Below are positions 19,973-30,982 of a stretch of DNA of 64,000 bases, piece after piece (the stretch's first letter is position 1; each line of letters starts with the position of its first letter). Source of the stretch: Candidatus Nomurabacteria bacterium RIFOXYB1_FULL_39_16. GTDB lineage: Bacteria > Patescibacteriota > Minisyncoccia > Phycocordibacterales > UBA9973. The notes below the pieces were generated by a model. That model did not search any database, was not told where the DNA came from, and worked only from the letters and a program-made list of their open reading frames with translations. Both the position numbers and the translations under genes were made by a program. Location of the stretch: assembly GCA_001787205.1 (NCBI GenBank), contig MFWB01000008.1:101644-165643 (forward strand). The letters run 5' to 3'.

Positions 19973-22900
19973 ATGCAAAAAAGCACAAAGCGTCCGAAGA
20001 AGTTCTTTGGAAGATACAAGAAACCTCTTGTAGAATTTCCAAATTTAATAGAAGCTCAAGTCAAGAGTTTCAAATGGCTCGTAGAGACTGGTATTGGAGA
20101 AGTCTTTAAAGAATTCTCTCCGATTATAGATTACTCTGGAAAAAAGTTTCAATTGGAATTCACTTCTTTTTCTTTAAGTGAGTCCAAAGTAGACGAAAAT
20201 GATTCCAAAATAAACAAACTCTCTTACCAAGGGCTACTGAAAGCGCGGGTAAAATTGACGAACAAAATTTTAGGTACAGTTAAAGAACAAGAAATTTTCA
20301 TGTCGGAAGTTCCTCTAATGACTCCGCACGGTACTTTCATCATCAACGGAGTGGAGCGCGTCATCGTGCCACAGCTAGCGAGAAGTTTCGGAGTTTTCTT
20401 TACAGAGGCGGAGAGCAAGGGTACTAAATATTTCGGCGCGAAAGTTATTCCGGCTCGCGGAGTCTGGATTGAGATAGCTTCTGAAGCGGACGGCGCAATT
20501 TATATAAGAATAGACAAGAAAAGAAAGTTTCCAGCCACCGCGCTCTTGCGCGCTATGGGTTATGAGACGGATGAGGCGATTCTGAAAGCATTTGAAGCTG
20601 ATTCAACCATCAAGGAAACCATTAAAGCATCTCTGGCAAAAGACGGGATAAAAACTCAAAGTGACGCGTACGTTGAGATTTATAAGCGTCTTCGGGACGG
20701 GGATATGGCTACCGCCGATAACGCCAAGGAATTCATTAATTCTTTGTTTACCGCGGAACGCTATGACCTTTCCCCTGTAGGACGATTCAGATTTAATCAA
20801 CGTTTCGGTAAGCCTATGGACGAGACGGAGATGGCTCGTCGTACTATAAATAAAGAAGATTTAGTGACGGTAATTTCCAATATTATAACCTTAAACAATA
20901 CACCGCTTGCCAAGGCTGATGATATAGATCACCTGGGTCAGAGGCGCGTGCGTTTCGTCGGAGAAATACTTCAACAGAAAATTCGCACCGGTATGATGCA
21001 AATCAAGAGAAACATTCAAGACAGGATGTCTATTATTGATGTGGACACTGCGATGCCTATCGCCATCATCAACCAGCGTCCGCTTCAAGCTCGTATTAAA
21101 GAATTTTTCACTACGAACCAACTTTCACAATTTATGGCGCAAGAGAATGTACTCTACGAGATGGAGCACTTACGTACGCTCTCCGCACTCGGACCCGGAG
21201 GTCTCACTCGCGAGCGCGCAGGGCTGGAAGTTCGCGACGTGCATCCTTCACACTACGGCAGAGTCTGTCCTATTCACACCCCGGAAGGCCCGAACATCGG
21301 ACTTATCTTGCACCTTTCAACTTATGCGAAGATAAACGATTTTGGAATTATTGAAACTCCTTATGTAAAAGTTAAAAATGGCAAAATTACTGGCGAGGTG
21401 GTTTATTTAAACGCGCTTGAAGAAGAAAAGTACAACATTGCGCATGCCGGTATTCCTTACGACGAAGATGGGAAAATAACGAAAGATAAAGTGGAAGCCA
21501 GAATTAAGACAGAGCCCGGTATGGTTTCCAAAGACGAAGTTGATTTTATTGACGTGGCCCCCAACCAGGCATTCTCTATAGCGACATCAATGATTCCATT
21601 TCTGGAACACAACGATGCCAACCGCTCACTCATGGGAAGTAACATGCAGAAGCAGGCAGTGCCTTGCGTCTTGCCAGAAATGCCTATAGTGGCAACGGGT
21701 ATTGAAGAGTTGGCATCAAGAGATTCTGGTAGGCTAATTATCTCGGAAGAAGAAGGAGTCGTCTCTTATTTGGATGCTAAGAAAATTGTGGTTAAAGGAA
21801 AAAAGGAAGTCACTTACACTCTGGTTAATTTCTTAAGAAACAACAACTTTGCAGTGTTTCATCAACGTCCGCTAGTAAACGTTGGTGACAAGGTTAAAAA
21901 GGGCGAAGTTCTGGCGGATACTTCCAGTACCGTTAACGGACAGATTTCTCTCGGGCAGAATATTTTCGTGGCCTTTTTGTCTTGGTCTGGTTCAACTTAC
22001 GAAGACGCCATCATTGTCTCAGAACGTTTGGTAAAAAAGAGCAAATTCACATCCGTTTATGTTGAAGAATTTACTTGTGTAGTTCGCGATACCAAGCTCG
22101 GACCCGAAATCACCACTCGCGATATTCCAAATGTCGGAGAACTTAAATTAAAAGATTTGGATGAAGACGGTGTCGTTCGTATCGGGGCCGAGGTTCGTGA
22201 AAACGATATCCTAGTTGGTAAAATTACTCCTAAGGGTGAGACTGAGCTTACTCCGGAAGAAAGACTTTTGCGTTCAATTTTTGCCGAGAAAGCGCGCGAT
22301 GTGAAAGACACATCTTTGCGTATGGAACACGGTAAACGTGGACGCATCATCGGTGTTAAAATTTTCTCCCGTGATTTGGGTCATACACTAGAAGCCGGAA
22401 TCATCAAGAAAATCGTGATTGAAATCGCGCAAATCAGAAACATTTCAGTGGGAGACAAGCTTTCCGGCCGACACGGAAACAAGGGAGTTATTTCTATGAT
22501 TCTTCCAGAAGAGGATATGCCTTACACTGCAGATGGTACACCTATTGATATCATTCTTTCACCTCTCGGCGTTCCTTCTCGTATGAACCTGGGACAGATT
22601 TTGGAAATGCATCTCGGTATGGCGGCTAACAGTCTCGGTTATCAAGCCATTGTGCCTCCATTCTTGGGAGCCAAGAGCGAAGAAATCAAAGAAGAATTAA
22701 AAAAGGCAGGATTGCCGGAAAATGGTAAATTGAAACTTTTTGACGGACGCACTGGAGAAGCTTTCCAGCAAGATATCGCTGTGGGTTATATGTATATGCT
22801 CAAGCTTCACCATATGGTAGAAGACAAGATTCATATGCGTTCTATTGGACCGTACTCTCTCATTACTCAGCAACCGCTCGGAGGAAAGGCTCAAGGTGGA

Positions 22901-23140
22901 GGACAGAGATTCGGAGAAATGGAAGTCTGGGCGTTGGAGGGTTACGGCGCGGCTTACACGCTTCGCGAAATGCTTACCATCAAGTCCGACGATATATTGG
23001 GTAGATCCGCCACTTTTGACTCTATTATCAAAAACGAAACAATCAGGCCGCCAAATTCTCCTGCTTCCTTCAACGTACTCTTAAACTATCTGCGTGGGTT
23101 GGCGCTAGATGTGGATTTAAAAAAATCCGGAGATAAATAA
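19973..23140 (+). CDS. rpoB: RNA polymerase beta subunit
   Basis: GTFIINGVERV, HYGRVCPIHTPEGPNIGL, GDKLSGRHGNKG, GGQRFGEMEVWALE. Confidence 0.99.
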   Translation: MQKSTKRPKKFFGRYKKPLVEFPNLIEAQVKSFKWLVETGIGEVFKEFSPIIDYSGKKFQLEFTSFSLSESKVDENDSKINKLSYQGLLKARVKLTNKILGTVKEQEIFMSEVPLMTPHGTFIINGVERVIVPQLARSFGVFFTEAESKGTKYFGAKVIPARGVWIEIASEADGAIYIRIDKKRKFPATALLRAMGYETDEAILKAFEADSTIKETIKASLAKDGIKTQSDAYVEIYKRLRDGDMATADNAKEFINSLFTAERYDLSPVGRFRFNQRFGKPMDETEMARRTINKEDLVTVISNIITLNNTPLAKADDIDHLGQRRVRFVGEILQQKIRTGMMQIKRNIQDRMSIIDVDTAMPIAIINQRPLQARIKEFFTTNQLSQFMAQENVLYEMEHLRTLSALGPGGLTRERAGLEVRDVHPSHYGRVCPIHTPEGPNIGLILHLSTYAKINDFGIIETPYVKVKNGKITGEVVYLNALEEEKYNIAHAGIPYDEDGKITKDKVEARIKTEPGMVSKDEVDFIDVAPNQAFSIATSMIPFLEHNDANRSLMGSNMQKQAVPCVLPEMPIVATGIEELASRDSGRLIISEEEGVVSYLDAKKIVVKGKKEVTYTLVNFLRNNNFAVFHQRPLVNVGDKVKKGEVLADTSSTVNGQISLGQNIFVAFLSWSGSTYEDAIIVSERLVKKSKFTSVYVEEFTCVVRDTKLGPEITTRDIPNVGELKLKDLDEDGVVRIGAEVRENDILVGKITPKGETELTPEERLLRSIFAEKARDVKDTSLRMEHGKRGRIIGVKIFSRDLGHTLEAGIIKKIVIEIAQIRNISVGDKLSGRHGNKGVISMILPEEDMPYTADGTPIDIILSPLGVPSRMNLGQILEMHLGMAANSLGYQAIVPPFLGAKSEEIKEELKKAGLPENGKLKLFDGRTGEAFQQDIAVGYMYMLKLHHMVEDKIHMRSIGPYSLITQQPLGGKAQGGGQRFGEMEVWALEGYGAAYTLREMLTIKSDDILGRSATFDSIIKNETIRPPNSPASFNVLLNYLRGLALDVDLKKSGDK

Positions 23141-23149
23141 AAAAAACAT

Positions 23150-26100
23150 ATGAAAACCTTAAACACAACTGAATTTGATCAAATTGGGCTTAGGCTTGCA
23201 TCTCCGGAACAAATAAAAGAGTGGTCCTTTGGAGAAGTCACTAAACCGGAAACGATAAATTACCGCACGGGCAGATCCGAGCGCGGAGGTCTCTTTGATG
23301 AGAAAATTTTCGGTCCGGAAAAAGACTATGAATGTTACTGCGGAAAATATCGCCGAATTCGTTACAAGGACATCATCTGCGAGAAGTGTGGCGTGGAAGT
23401 TACTCGTTCAATAGTACGTAGAGAGCGCATGGGACACATAGAACTCTCTACTCCAGTTTCCCACATTTGGTTCTTGCGCGGAGTGCCTTCTCGGATGAGT
23501 ATTCTCCTCAATATTTCCGTTTCGGATTTAGAGAAAGTAATTTACTTTGCTGGATACATCATCACTAAAGTGCATGAAGACGAGAAGGAAATCATTCTTT
23601 CCGGTTTGGATAAAGAATATAAAATGAAGCTGAAAAATTCAGCCGACGAGGAGACCAGAGAGAAATTGAAAAATTTGCTTTCAGTTACCAAGAAAGAAAT
23701 AGGAGAAATTTATGAAGGAAAAGTTTTGAATGAAATTTCTTTCCATCATTATTCCTTAAAGTACGGAACTTGTTTTGAGGCGAATATCGGCGCTGAAGCC
23801 ATATATTCCATCTTTAAAAACCTGGATTTAAACAAACTCAAAGTTCTCACCGAAAAGATGCTGGAGAAGACGAGCGCGGCGGAGAAAGAAAAACTACAGA
23901 AGAGGCTGTCACTTATCCGAGCGATGACTTATGCGGATATTCGTCCAGAGTGGATGTTCCTTACGGTCATTCCGGTTATTCCTCCAGTGCTTCGCCCGAT
24001 GGTGGCGTTAGACGGGGGACGTCATGCCACCTCTGATTTGAACGACTTGTATCGTAGAGTGATAAACAGAAACAATCGTTTGAAAAAGTTGAAGGAAATC
24101 AATGCTCCGGACGTTATTTTAAGAAATGAAAAACGCATTATTCAGGAAGCTGTTGACGCCTTGATAGACAACTCCATAGCCAAGCAGAATGATTCTGCCG
24201 CAATGAGTCAGTCTCAGAAGCGTCCACTTAAATCTCTGTCTGATAACCTGAAATCCAAACAAGGACTTTTCCGCCAGAACTTGCTCGGTAAGCGTGTGGA
24301 CTATTCAGGCCGCAGTGTTATCGTTGTCGGTCCGGAATTAAAGCTAAATCAATGCGGATTACCGAAGCATATGGCGTTGGAACTTTTCCGACCGTTTGTA
24401 ATTTCCAAGATTCTCCAAGCGGAACTTGCATTCAATATTCGCGGGGCAAACAAGCTCATAGAAGAACGCTCTCCGGAAGTTTGGGCGATGTTGGAGGAAG
24501 TGATTTTAGGCAAATACGTGCTCTTGAACCGCGCTCCAACCCTGCACCGCTTGGGTATTCAGGCTTTCAATCCTATTTTGATTGAAGGAAATGCTATCCA
24601 AGTGCACCCTCTCGTTTGTCAGGCTTTCAACGCGGACTTCGACGGAGACCAGATGGCGGTATATGTGCCTCTATTGGAAGAGGCGCAATGGGAAGCGAAG
24701 GAATTAATGGCAGCCAATAAAAATTTGCTCAAGCCGCAAAACGGAGATCCTATCGTGCATCCAAGTAAAGATATAGTGCTCGGAAGTTACTGGATGACCA
24801 AGTCAATGGATGGGGAAGAGGGAGAAGGAAAGTATTTCTCCAATCCCAATACGGCCATTACCGCTTACGACTACGGCATCGTAACTCTACGAGCGAAAAT
24901 AAAAGTACTTGCAACCGATTCACACAAATACAGGAAATTTGACGGAGGAATTTTTGAAACTTCCGTGGGCAAACTGTTGTTTAACAGTATTCTTCCCAAC
25001 GATTTTGCTTATGTGAACGACGAAATGAATCAGAAGAGATTGTCTTCTCTTTTAGATGAGCTTATCGTGCATGTGGGTATTGACAATACTCCGGCGTTCT
25101 TGGACAAGATAAAGGAATTCGGGTTTAAATATTCAACCGTTTCTGGAACCACTTGGGGATTGGACAATGTTAGGCTTCCTGTAGAAAAACCAAAAATCAT
25201 AGAAGACGCCAGAAAACTTGAAGAAGAAGTTGTTTCCCAGTGGGAAGAAGGTCTCCTTTCTGAGGAGGAGAGATACCAAAAAATTATAGAAATATGGACC
25301 TATGCAAAGAAAGATTTAGAAAAAATATTACCGGCCACACTAGATAAAAAGGGTTCTGCTTATGATTTGTTTATTTCTGGAGCCAGAGGTTCTCTCGGCC
25401 AGCTTACACAAATGACTGGAATGAAGGGTCTGATTCAAAACAATGTTGGAAAGATTTTTGAATACCCAATTATTCCTTCATACCTTGAAGGTCTTTCTCC
25501 TATTGAATATTTCGTTATTACTCACGGCGCCCGTAAAGGAGCATCTGACACTGCGCTTAACACCGCCAAGGCCGGATACCTGACGCGCAGATTGGTGGAT
25601 GTGGCGCAAGACGTGGTGATAACAGAAGAAGATTGTGGTACGAAAGAAGGTAAGGTGGTTACCAGAGAAAATATTTCCGGAATTGAAATTCCTCTTTCCA
25701 AAAACATTCGCGGAAGAGTCTTAGCTTCCGACCTGAAAGATAAAGATGGAAAAGTGGTTTACAAAAAAGGATTCTTGGTTACCAAGGAAGAGGCTTACAA
25801 TATTGAAGGAGCGGGTTTCACTGAAGTATTCGTGCGTTCTCCTCTTACTTGTAAGACAGCCCACGGTCTGTGCGTTCAGTGCTATGGATTGGATCTTGGA
25901 AGAAACCATTTGGCGGAACAAGGTGAAGCTGTCGGCATCATAGCCGCTCAAGCTATCGGTGAGCCGGGAACTCAGCTGACGCTCCGTACATTCCACGCCG
26001 GAGGAGTAGCAGGAACCGACATTACCACAGGTCTTCCTCGTATTGAAGAAATCTTCGAAAGGAGAATTCCTAAAAATCCAGCCATTATTTCTGAGACGGA

Positions 26101-26758
26101 CGGAGAAGTGCTTGAAGTGAAAGTCAAAGAGAATAAAGAGAAGGTGATTAAAGTTCTATCTGATAGCCTTGCTGATGGCAAGAAAAATGAAATGGAATAC
26201 GCAGTAGCCTTCCGCCGAACACCTATCGTTAAAGCGGGGGATAAAGTAAAGAAAGGAGAGCTCTTGACCGACGGTTCGGCCGATATCGCCGAAATGTTCA
26301 GACTGGGAAGCAAAGAATTGGTTGAAGAATACATTATTGGTGAAATAAATAAAGTTTATGAGCTTCAGAGCGCTTCAATTTCTAGAAAGCATACGGAAAT
26401 TATTATCCGCCAAATGTTCTCTCGCCGAAAGATAAAGGATGCGGGAGAAACCAATTTCTCTGCCGGAGACATCGTGGAAAACACCGCCCTTATAGAAGAA
26501 AATATAAGAATAACCGGACTTGGTGGAAAAGAAGCAAAAGCGGAAATAGTGGTTCTCGGTATTACCGAAGTCTCACTCCGCACCAAGAGCTGGCTCTCGG
26601 CCGCCTCCTTCCAAAATACCAACCGTGTTCTCATTGAAAACGCCATCAAGGGCGGAGTAGATTCTCTCAGAGGCTTGAAAGAAAATGTCATCATTGGACG
26701 ATTGATTCCAGCCGGAACCGGGTTCAAAAATAAGTTTGCTGAGGCTAAAGAAGAATAG
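23150..26758 (+). CDS. rpoC: RNA polymerase beta' subunit
   Basis: KPETINYRT, zinc-finger CYCGKY...CEKCG, active site NADFDGD, IGEPGTQLT. Confidence 0.99.
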   Translation: MKTLNTTEFDQIGLRLASPEQIKEWSFGEVTKPETINYRTGRSERGGLFDEKIFGPEKDYECYCGKYRRIRYKDIICEKCGVEVTRSIVRRERMGHIELSTPVSHIWFLRGVPSRMSILLNISVSDLEKVIYFAGYIITKVHEDEKEIILSGLDKEYKMKLKNSADEETREKLKNLLSVTKKEIGEIYEGKVLNEISFHHYSLKYGTCFEANIGAEAIYSIFKNLDLNKLKVLTEKMLEKTSAAEKEKLQKRLSLIRAMTYADIRPEWMFLTVIPVIPPVLRPMVALDGGRHATSDLNDLYRRVINRNNRLKKLKEINAPDVILRNEKRIIQEAVDALIDNSIAKQNDSAAMSQSQKRPLKSLSDNLKSKQGLFRQNLLGKRVDYSGRSVIVVGPELKLNQCGLPKHMALELFRPFVISKILQAELAFNIRGANKLIEERSPEVWAMLEEVILGKYVLLNRAPTLHRLGIQAFNPILIEGNAIQVHPLVCQAFNADFDGDQMAVYVPLLEEAQWEAKELMAANKNLLKPQNGDPIVHPSKDIVLGSYWMTKSMDGEEGEGKYFSNPNTAITAYDYGIVTLRAKIKVLATDSHKYRKFDGGIFETSVGKLLFNSILPNDFAYVNDEMNQKRLSSLLDELIVHVGIDNTPAFLDKIKEFGFKYSTVSGTTWGLDNVRLPVEKPKIIEDARKLEEEVVSQWEEGLLSEEERYQKIIEIWTYAKKDLEKILPATLDKKGSAYDLFISGARGSLGQLTQMTGMKGLIQNNVGKIFEYPIIPSYLEGLSPIEYFVITHGARKGASDTALNTAKAGYLTRRLVDVAQDVVITEEDCGTKEGKVVTRENISGIEIPLSKNIRGRVLASDLKDKDGKVVYKKGFLVTKEEAYNIEGAGFTEVFVRSPLTCKTAHGLCVQCYGLDLGRNHLAEQGEAVGIIAAQAIGEPGTQLTLRTFHAGGVAGTDITTGLPRIEEIFERRIPKNPAIISETDGEVLEVKVKENKEKVIKVLSDSLADGKKNEMEYAVAFRRTPIVKAGDKVKKGELLTDGSADIAEMFRLGSKELVEEYIIGEINKVYELQSASISRKHTEIIIRQMFSRRKIKDAGETNFSAGDIVENTALIEENIRITGLGGKEAKAEIVVLGITEVSLRTKSWLSAASFQNTNRVLIENAIKGGVDSLRGLKENVIIGRLIPAGTGFKNKFAEAKEE

Positions 26759-26765
26759 AATAATC

Positions 26766-28502
26766 ATGAACTCTCCCGTTCTAAAAATTAAGGAGAGGCT
26801 ATCAATTGAAGAAGTAGTCTCTTCTTATATAAAGCTTGAGAAGGCGGGCACAAATTTGAAAGCCAGGTGTCCTTTTCATAACGAAAAGACTCCTTCGTTT
26901 TTCGTCTCGGCTGACCGCGGAACCTATTACTGCTTTGGTTGTGGTGCCTCGGGGGATATTTTCACTTTTGTGGAAGAATTTGAAGGACTTGATTTTAAGG
27001 GCGCACTCCAAATGCTCGCGGATAGAGCGGGAGTGCAACTTGAACCTCTCAGTAAAGAAGCCAAAGAAAATAAGAGTGAAAAGGAAAAATTATATGAGGC
27101 AATGCAAGAAGCTTGTTTGTATTTTGAGAATAATTTAGAAAAAAACCAAGAAGCCCTGGAGTACTTGAAATCTCGCGGACTGAATGAAAAAAGCATAAAA
27201 GATTTTAGAATTGGATTTGCCCTATTAGACTGGCGACTACTCTATTCATATCTTAAAGACAAAGGTTTTTCCGATGTTGAGATAGAGCGCGCCGGTCTGG
27301 CAAAAAAGCCCGATGATGCCAACAAAGCGATGTATGACAGATTTCGCGGGCGGATAATGTTCCCGATTGCCGATTCAAGCGGGCGCATAGTCGCTTTTTC
27401 TGGGAGAATCTTTGTAGATGATGGCAAATCCGCTAAATACCTAAACAGTCCGGAGACTCCAATTTTCAGCAAAAATGCGGTGCTCTACGGCATTGATAAA
27501 GCCAAAGATTCAATCCGTAAAAACAATTTTTCTATTTTAGTGGAGGGTCAGATGGATTTGATTTTATCGCACCAGGCGGGGTACAGGAACACCATAGCCA
27601 CTTCTGGTACGGCTCTGTCCGATTCTACCGTTTCTAAAGAGAATGTTGTAAGCAACCTCGGGCTCGTACGTCGTTTATCATCGAACATCGTGCTTTCCTT
27701 TGATGCCGATAAAGCGGGGGCAAATGCCACTATCCGCGCTGGGAAAATAGCCCTTTCGCTCAATATGGATGTGAAGGTGGTGGAAATGCTGGAAGGTGTT
27801 GACCCAGCGGACTTAATTTCTAAAACGGGAATTCCTGCTTGGCGCGAAGCCATTAAAAATTCAAAACACATCATAGAGTTCTTGTTGAACAAAGTCTTGA
27901 AAAATTACGAAAACGATGGACGCAAAGCTGGCAGGGAAATAAAAGAAAAGATACTGCCCTTTGTAAACGCTGTGGGGAGCTCAATCGAAAAGATGTATTT
28001 CTTGAAAAAAATTAGCGACGCATCTTCCATACCGCTCGACGCCTTGCAAGATGATTTAAAGAAAATTGAACAAGAATTTAAATACGAAACGGAGGAAATA
28101 AAAGAAGCCGGAGAAATACTGACGAAAATATATAGAAAAGACCGCATAGAACGAAATCTTTTAGGTATTGCGCTTTGGCAGCAAACTCTGCCGGAGCCTG
28201 TAGTGGATTTTAAAACTATTTTTGAAAAGTTAGGCGATATCGGGGAGAAATATAAAGATACCAAGGAAGACCTTATTTTTGAAGCAGAGGTGTCGCATAC
28301 AGACAATGACAATTTAGAGAAGGATGTAGCGGAAATGTTTCTTAATTTTGAAGAAGAAAATATTAATGAAGAGTTAAATAAAAAAATGTCAGAATTAAAG
28401 CGGGAGCCAGAAGGAGAAAAGGGGAAGAAGATACTGCAAGAGATAAATGAATTGATTAAAAAAAAGGAAGAGATTAAAAATGGTCGTTTAAATAAAAAAT
28501 AA
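26766..28502 (+). CDS. dnaG: DNA primase
   Basis: [11 protein letters not shown]...CFGC zinc finger, [19 protein letters not shown] and FDADKAG; ATG 26766 preferred over the overlapping start. Confidence 0.96.
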   Translation: MNSPVLKIKERLSIEEVVSSYIKLEKAGTNLKARCPFHNEKTPSFFVSADRGTYYCFGCGASGDIFTFVEEFEGLDFKGALQMLADRAGVQLEPLSKEAKENKSEKEKLYEAMQEACLYFENNLEKNQEALEYLKSRGLNEKSIKDFRIGFALLDWRLLYSYLKDKGFSDVEIERAGLAKKPDDANKAMYDRFRGRIMFPIADSSGRIVAFSGRIFVDDGKSAKYLNSPETPIFSKNAVLYGIDKAKDSIRKNNFSILVEGQMDLILSHQAGYRNTIATSGTALSDSTVSKENVVSNLGLVRRLSSNIVLSFDADKAGANATIRAGKIALSLNMDVKVVEMLEGVDPADLISKTGIPAWREAIKNSKHIIEFLLNKVLKNYENDGRKAGREIKEKILPFVNAVGSSIEKMYFLKKISDASSIPLDALQDDLKKIEQEFKYETEEIKEAGEILTKIYRKDRIERNLLGIALWQQTLPEPVVDFKTIFEKLGDIGEKYKDTKEDLIFEAEVSHTDNDNLEKDVAEMFLNFEEENINEELNKKMSELKREPEGEKGKKILQEINELIKKKEEIKNGRLNKK

Positions 28503-28512
28503 TCAATATTTT

Positions 28513-29724
28513 ATGAAAAAGAAAAAAATAAACAAAAAAAGAAAAGTTATTAAAAAAGTAAAAAAGGCTAAAGTAAAGAAAAATATCAAAAAACAGAAAA
28601 AGGCGGTAAAAAAGATCATAAAAAAAGACGGGGTCAAAAAAATGTCTTCTTTAGAGAAAAAAGCGGAAGTTTTAAATCATTTGGCGGAAGGAATAATTGA
28701 AAAGGGAAGAAAGCGCGGGTTTATCACTTATGACGAAATTTTAAAAACTTTTCCCGATATAGAAAATAATATTTTATTTTTAGATGAACTTTATGAAAAG
28801 TTTGCGACAGCTTCTATTGATGTGCTTGAAGGCGGAAATTTACTAAACCTGGATATTGATTTGAATGACAAAGATTTGAACAAGGGGAGTATGCACGACT
28901 CCATCCAGATGTATTTGAAAGAAATTGGACAGTATCCGCTTATCCACGCGAGCGATGAAAAGGTGCTTGCCAAGCGCATTGAACACGGAGACTTGGAAGC
29001 TAAAAACTTGCTCGCGCGCGCCAACTTACGTTTGGTGGTTTCTATTGCAAAAAAGTATGTCGGTAGGTCAGCCAACCTGACTCTGCTTGATTTGATTCAA
29101 GAAGGGAATCTGGGTCTATTTAAAGCTGTGGAGAAGTTTGATTGGACTAAAGGATATAAGTTTTCCACTTATGCCACCTGGTGGATTCGCCAATCCATAA
29201 CCCGCGCTTTGGCCGACCAATCCAGAACCATTCGCATTCCGGTGCATATGGTTGAGACGATTTCAAAATATAAACAAACTCACCGCAGATTGAGTCAGGA
29301 CTTGGGTAGGGAACCGCTTGCTGAGGAGATTGCGACGGAGATGGGTGTGCCGGTTGAAAAAATCCACGTTATTGAAAATATCAGTCAAGAGACCGTTTCC
29401 CTGGAACAGCCAGTCGGAGATGATGACGATAAGTCAACACTGGAAAACTTTATTCCCGACGATAAAATTCTGCGTCCAGACCAAGAATCTTCTCGTAGAA
29501 TTCTTTCCGACCAAATTCGGGAAGTTCTGAATGAATTAAATCCTAAAGAGCGCAGAATCTTGGAGATGCGTTACGGATTGCTAGACGGCATCCAGCATAC
29601 TCTGGAGAGAGTGGGGGAAGAGTTCGGTGTGACCCGTGAGCGCATCCGCCAGATTGAAGCGAAAGTCCACGAAAAGCTCCGCCAGCACGACAAGATTTCA
29701 AGATTGAAAAACTATTTCGATTAA
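28513..29724 (+). CDS. rpoD: Primary sigma-70 factor with Lys-rich N-terminal extension
   Basis: [44 protein letters not shown]; follows dnaG. Confidence 0.95.
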   Translation: MKKKKINKKRKVIKKVKKAKVKKNIKKQKKAVKKIIKKDGVKKMSSLEKKAEVLNHLAEGIIEKGRKRGFITYDEILKTFPDIENNILFLDELYEKFATASIDVLEGGNLLNLDIDLNDKDLNKGSMHDSIQMYLKEIGQYPLIHASDEKVLAKRIEHGDLEAKNLLARANLRLVVSIAKKYVGRSANLTLLDLIQEGNLGLFKAVEKFDWTKGYKFSTYATWWIRQSITRALADQSRTIRIPVHMVETISKYKQTHRRLSQDLGREPLAEEIATEMGVPVEKIHVIENISQETVSLEQPVGDDDDKSTLENFIPDDKILRPDQESSRRILSDQIREVLNELNPKERRILEMRYGLLDGIQHTLERVGEEFGVTRERIRQIEAKVHEKLRQHDKISRLKNYFD

Positions 29725-29731
29725 TTGAAAT

Positions 29732-29764
29732 AAAAAAGCTCTCGCATTATGCGAGGGCTTTTTT
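29732..29764. terminator. Bidirectional terminator between rpoD and the dsbA-like gene
   Basis: AAAAAAGCTCTCGCAT-T-ATGCGAGGGCTTTTTT. Confidence 0.75.
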
Positions 29765-29785
29765 ATAAAGAGTGGTTTGAAATTA

Positions 29786-30481
29786 TTATAATTGTTCCGA
29801 TACGGGAACTTCTACAGGATCCATCAGTCCAAATACTAAATCAGTATATTTCCAAAATGCGTCATTGCCTTTTATCTGTGCGACACATTCAGCAGCCCCA
29901 GCTTTTGGCAGGGCGCCTGGGTGAACTACCCAGTGACGATAAACCCAAGCAACATTTCCATTTGATTCAGTCATTACTTCTTTCATTATTTCACTGAATT
30001 TTTTGCAGTAAGGACATTCAAGGTCGGAGTATTCTATAATTACAATTTCGGCGTCAGGATTGCCTAATATATGGTCTCCTTCTTCATACCCATTTATTTC
30101 ACCAGTATAAACGTCTGTCACTTTTCCTGTGAGTACTTCATCTATTAGTTTTTGTACATTTTCTTTTGGATAGGCTCCACGAATTTGAGCTTTCGTTCCA
30201 TTTTTACCAATGATGACACTGTATGGAGTACCCCTTTCATTGGCTGGGATACCTTTCATTGCTTTTTCCGCATTAGCATTTATTTTTTCCGACAACGTCT
30301 CTAGGTCGGTATTTTCCATACATTGTGTAAATTCTTTTTTATTTACTCCAACTTGCTCCGACAATGTTTTTTGAGGACTTTTCCCCATTGGGCCATTACC
30401 TCTTAATAAAATAGCTCCCGCTATCATTACTCCCACGATGATAATTGCGCTTATTATTGGTTTTTGGTTGTTATTTTGCAT
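29786..30481 (-). CDS. Membrane-anchored DsbA/BdbD-like thiol-disulfide oxidoreductase, apparently circularly permuted
   Basis: N-terminal TM; GTPY and GAYP motifs precede DHILGNPDA...EYSDLECPYC. Confidence 0.8.
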   Translation of the reverse strand: MQNNNQKPIISAIIIVGVMIAGAILLRGNGPMGKSPQKTLSEQVGVNKKEFTQCMENTDLETLSEKINANAEKAMKGIPANERGTPYSVIIGKNGTKAQIRGAYPKENVQKLIDEVLTGKVTDVYTGEINGYEEGDHILGNPDAEIVIIEYSDLECPYCKKFSEIMKEVMTESNGNVAWVYRHWVVHPGALPKAGAAECVAQIKGNDAFWKYTDLVFGLMDPVEVPVSEQL

Positions 30482-30610
30482 GTCTATATTGTTTATTTAT
30501 AATACGCTATTATATCATATTTCTCTAATATGATATAATAAGAGTATTAGTATAAAGGTCCTTTATTAATTAATTGCCTTATGAAAATAGGGCTAAGTAA
30601 AAGTAAATAT

Positions 30611-30886
30611 ATGCACAATGCAAAATGTTGTGGTTGGGGTCACAAGCTCGCTAAAATTTTATTGGTAATCGGTGGACTTAACTGGGGATTGGTTGGCGTG
30701 GGAATGTTACTAAGCAGTAACTGGAATGTTATCAATCTGCTTTTGGGTTCTATCCCTACTTTAGAGGCAATCGTTTATATATTGGTTGGTGTTGTAGCGA
30801 TAATGAAACTTTTCAACTGCAAGTGTAAAACGTGCGCAGTGGGGAATTCTTCTGGCGCTAATCCTGGGACGGATCAAAATATGTAG
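30611..30886 (+). CDS. DUF378 family membrane protein
   Basis: LLVIGGLNWGLVG...VYILVG; alternative start at 30581. Confidence 0.85.
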   Translation: MHNAKCCGWGHKLAKILLVIGGLNWGLVGVGMLLSSNWNVINLLLGSIPTLEAIVYILVGVVAIMKLFNCKCKTCAVGNSSGANPGTDQNM

Positions 30887-30982
30887 TTTTTTAAATATAC
30901 TTTTGTTCTGAAAAAAGCTCTTCGAAAAGGAGCTTTTTTCGTTTACTTTTTACCCCTAAAATGCTATACTTAACACCAAGGT

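Noticed and set aside
19973-26758. Introns or inteins in rpoB/rpoC
   Set aside because: Continuous frames of compact length with no splicing or homing-endonuclease motifs
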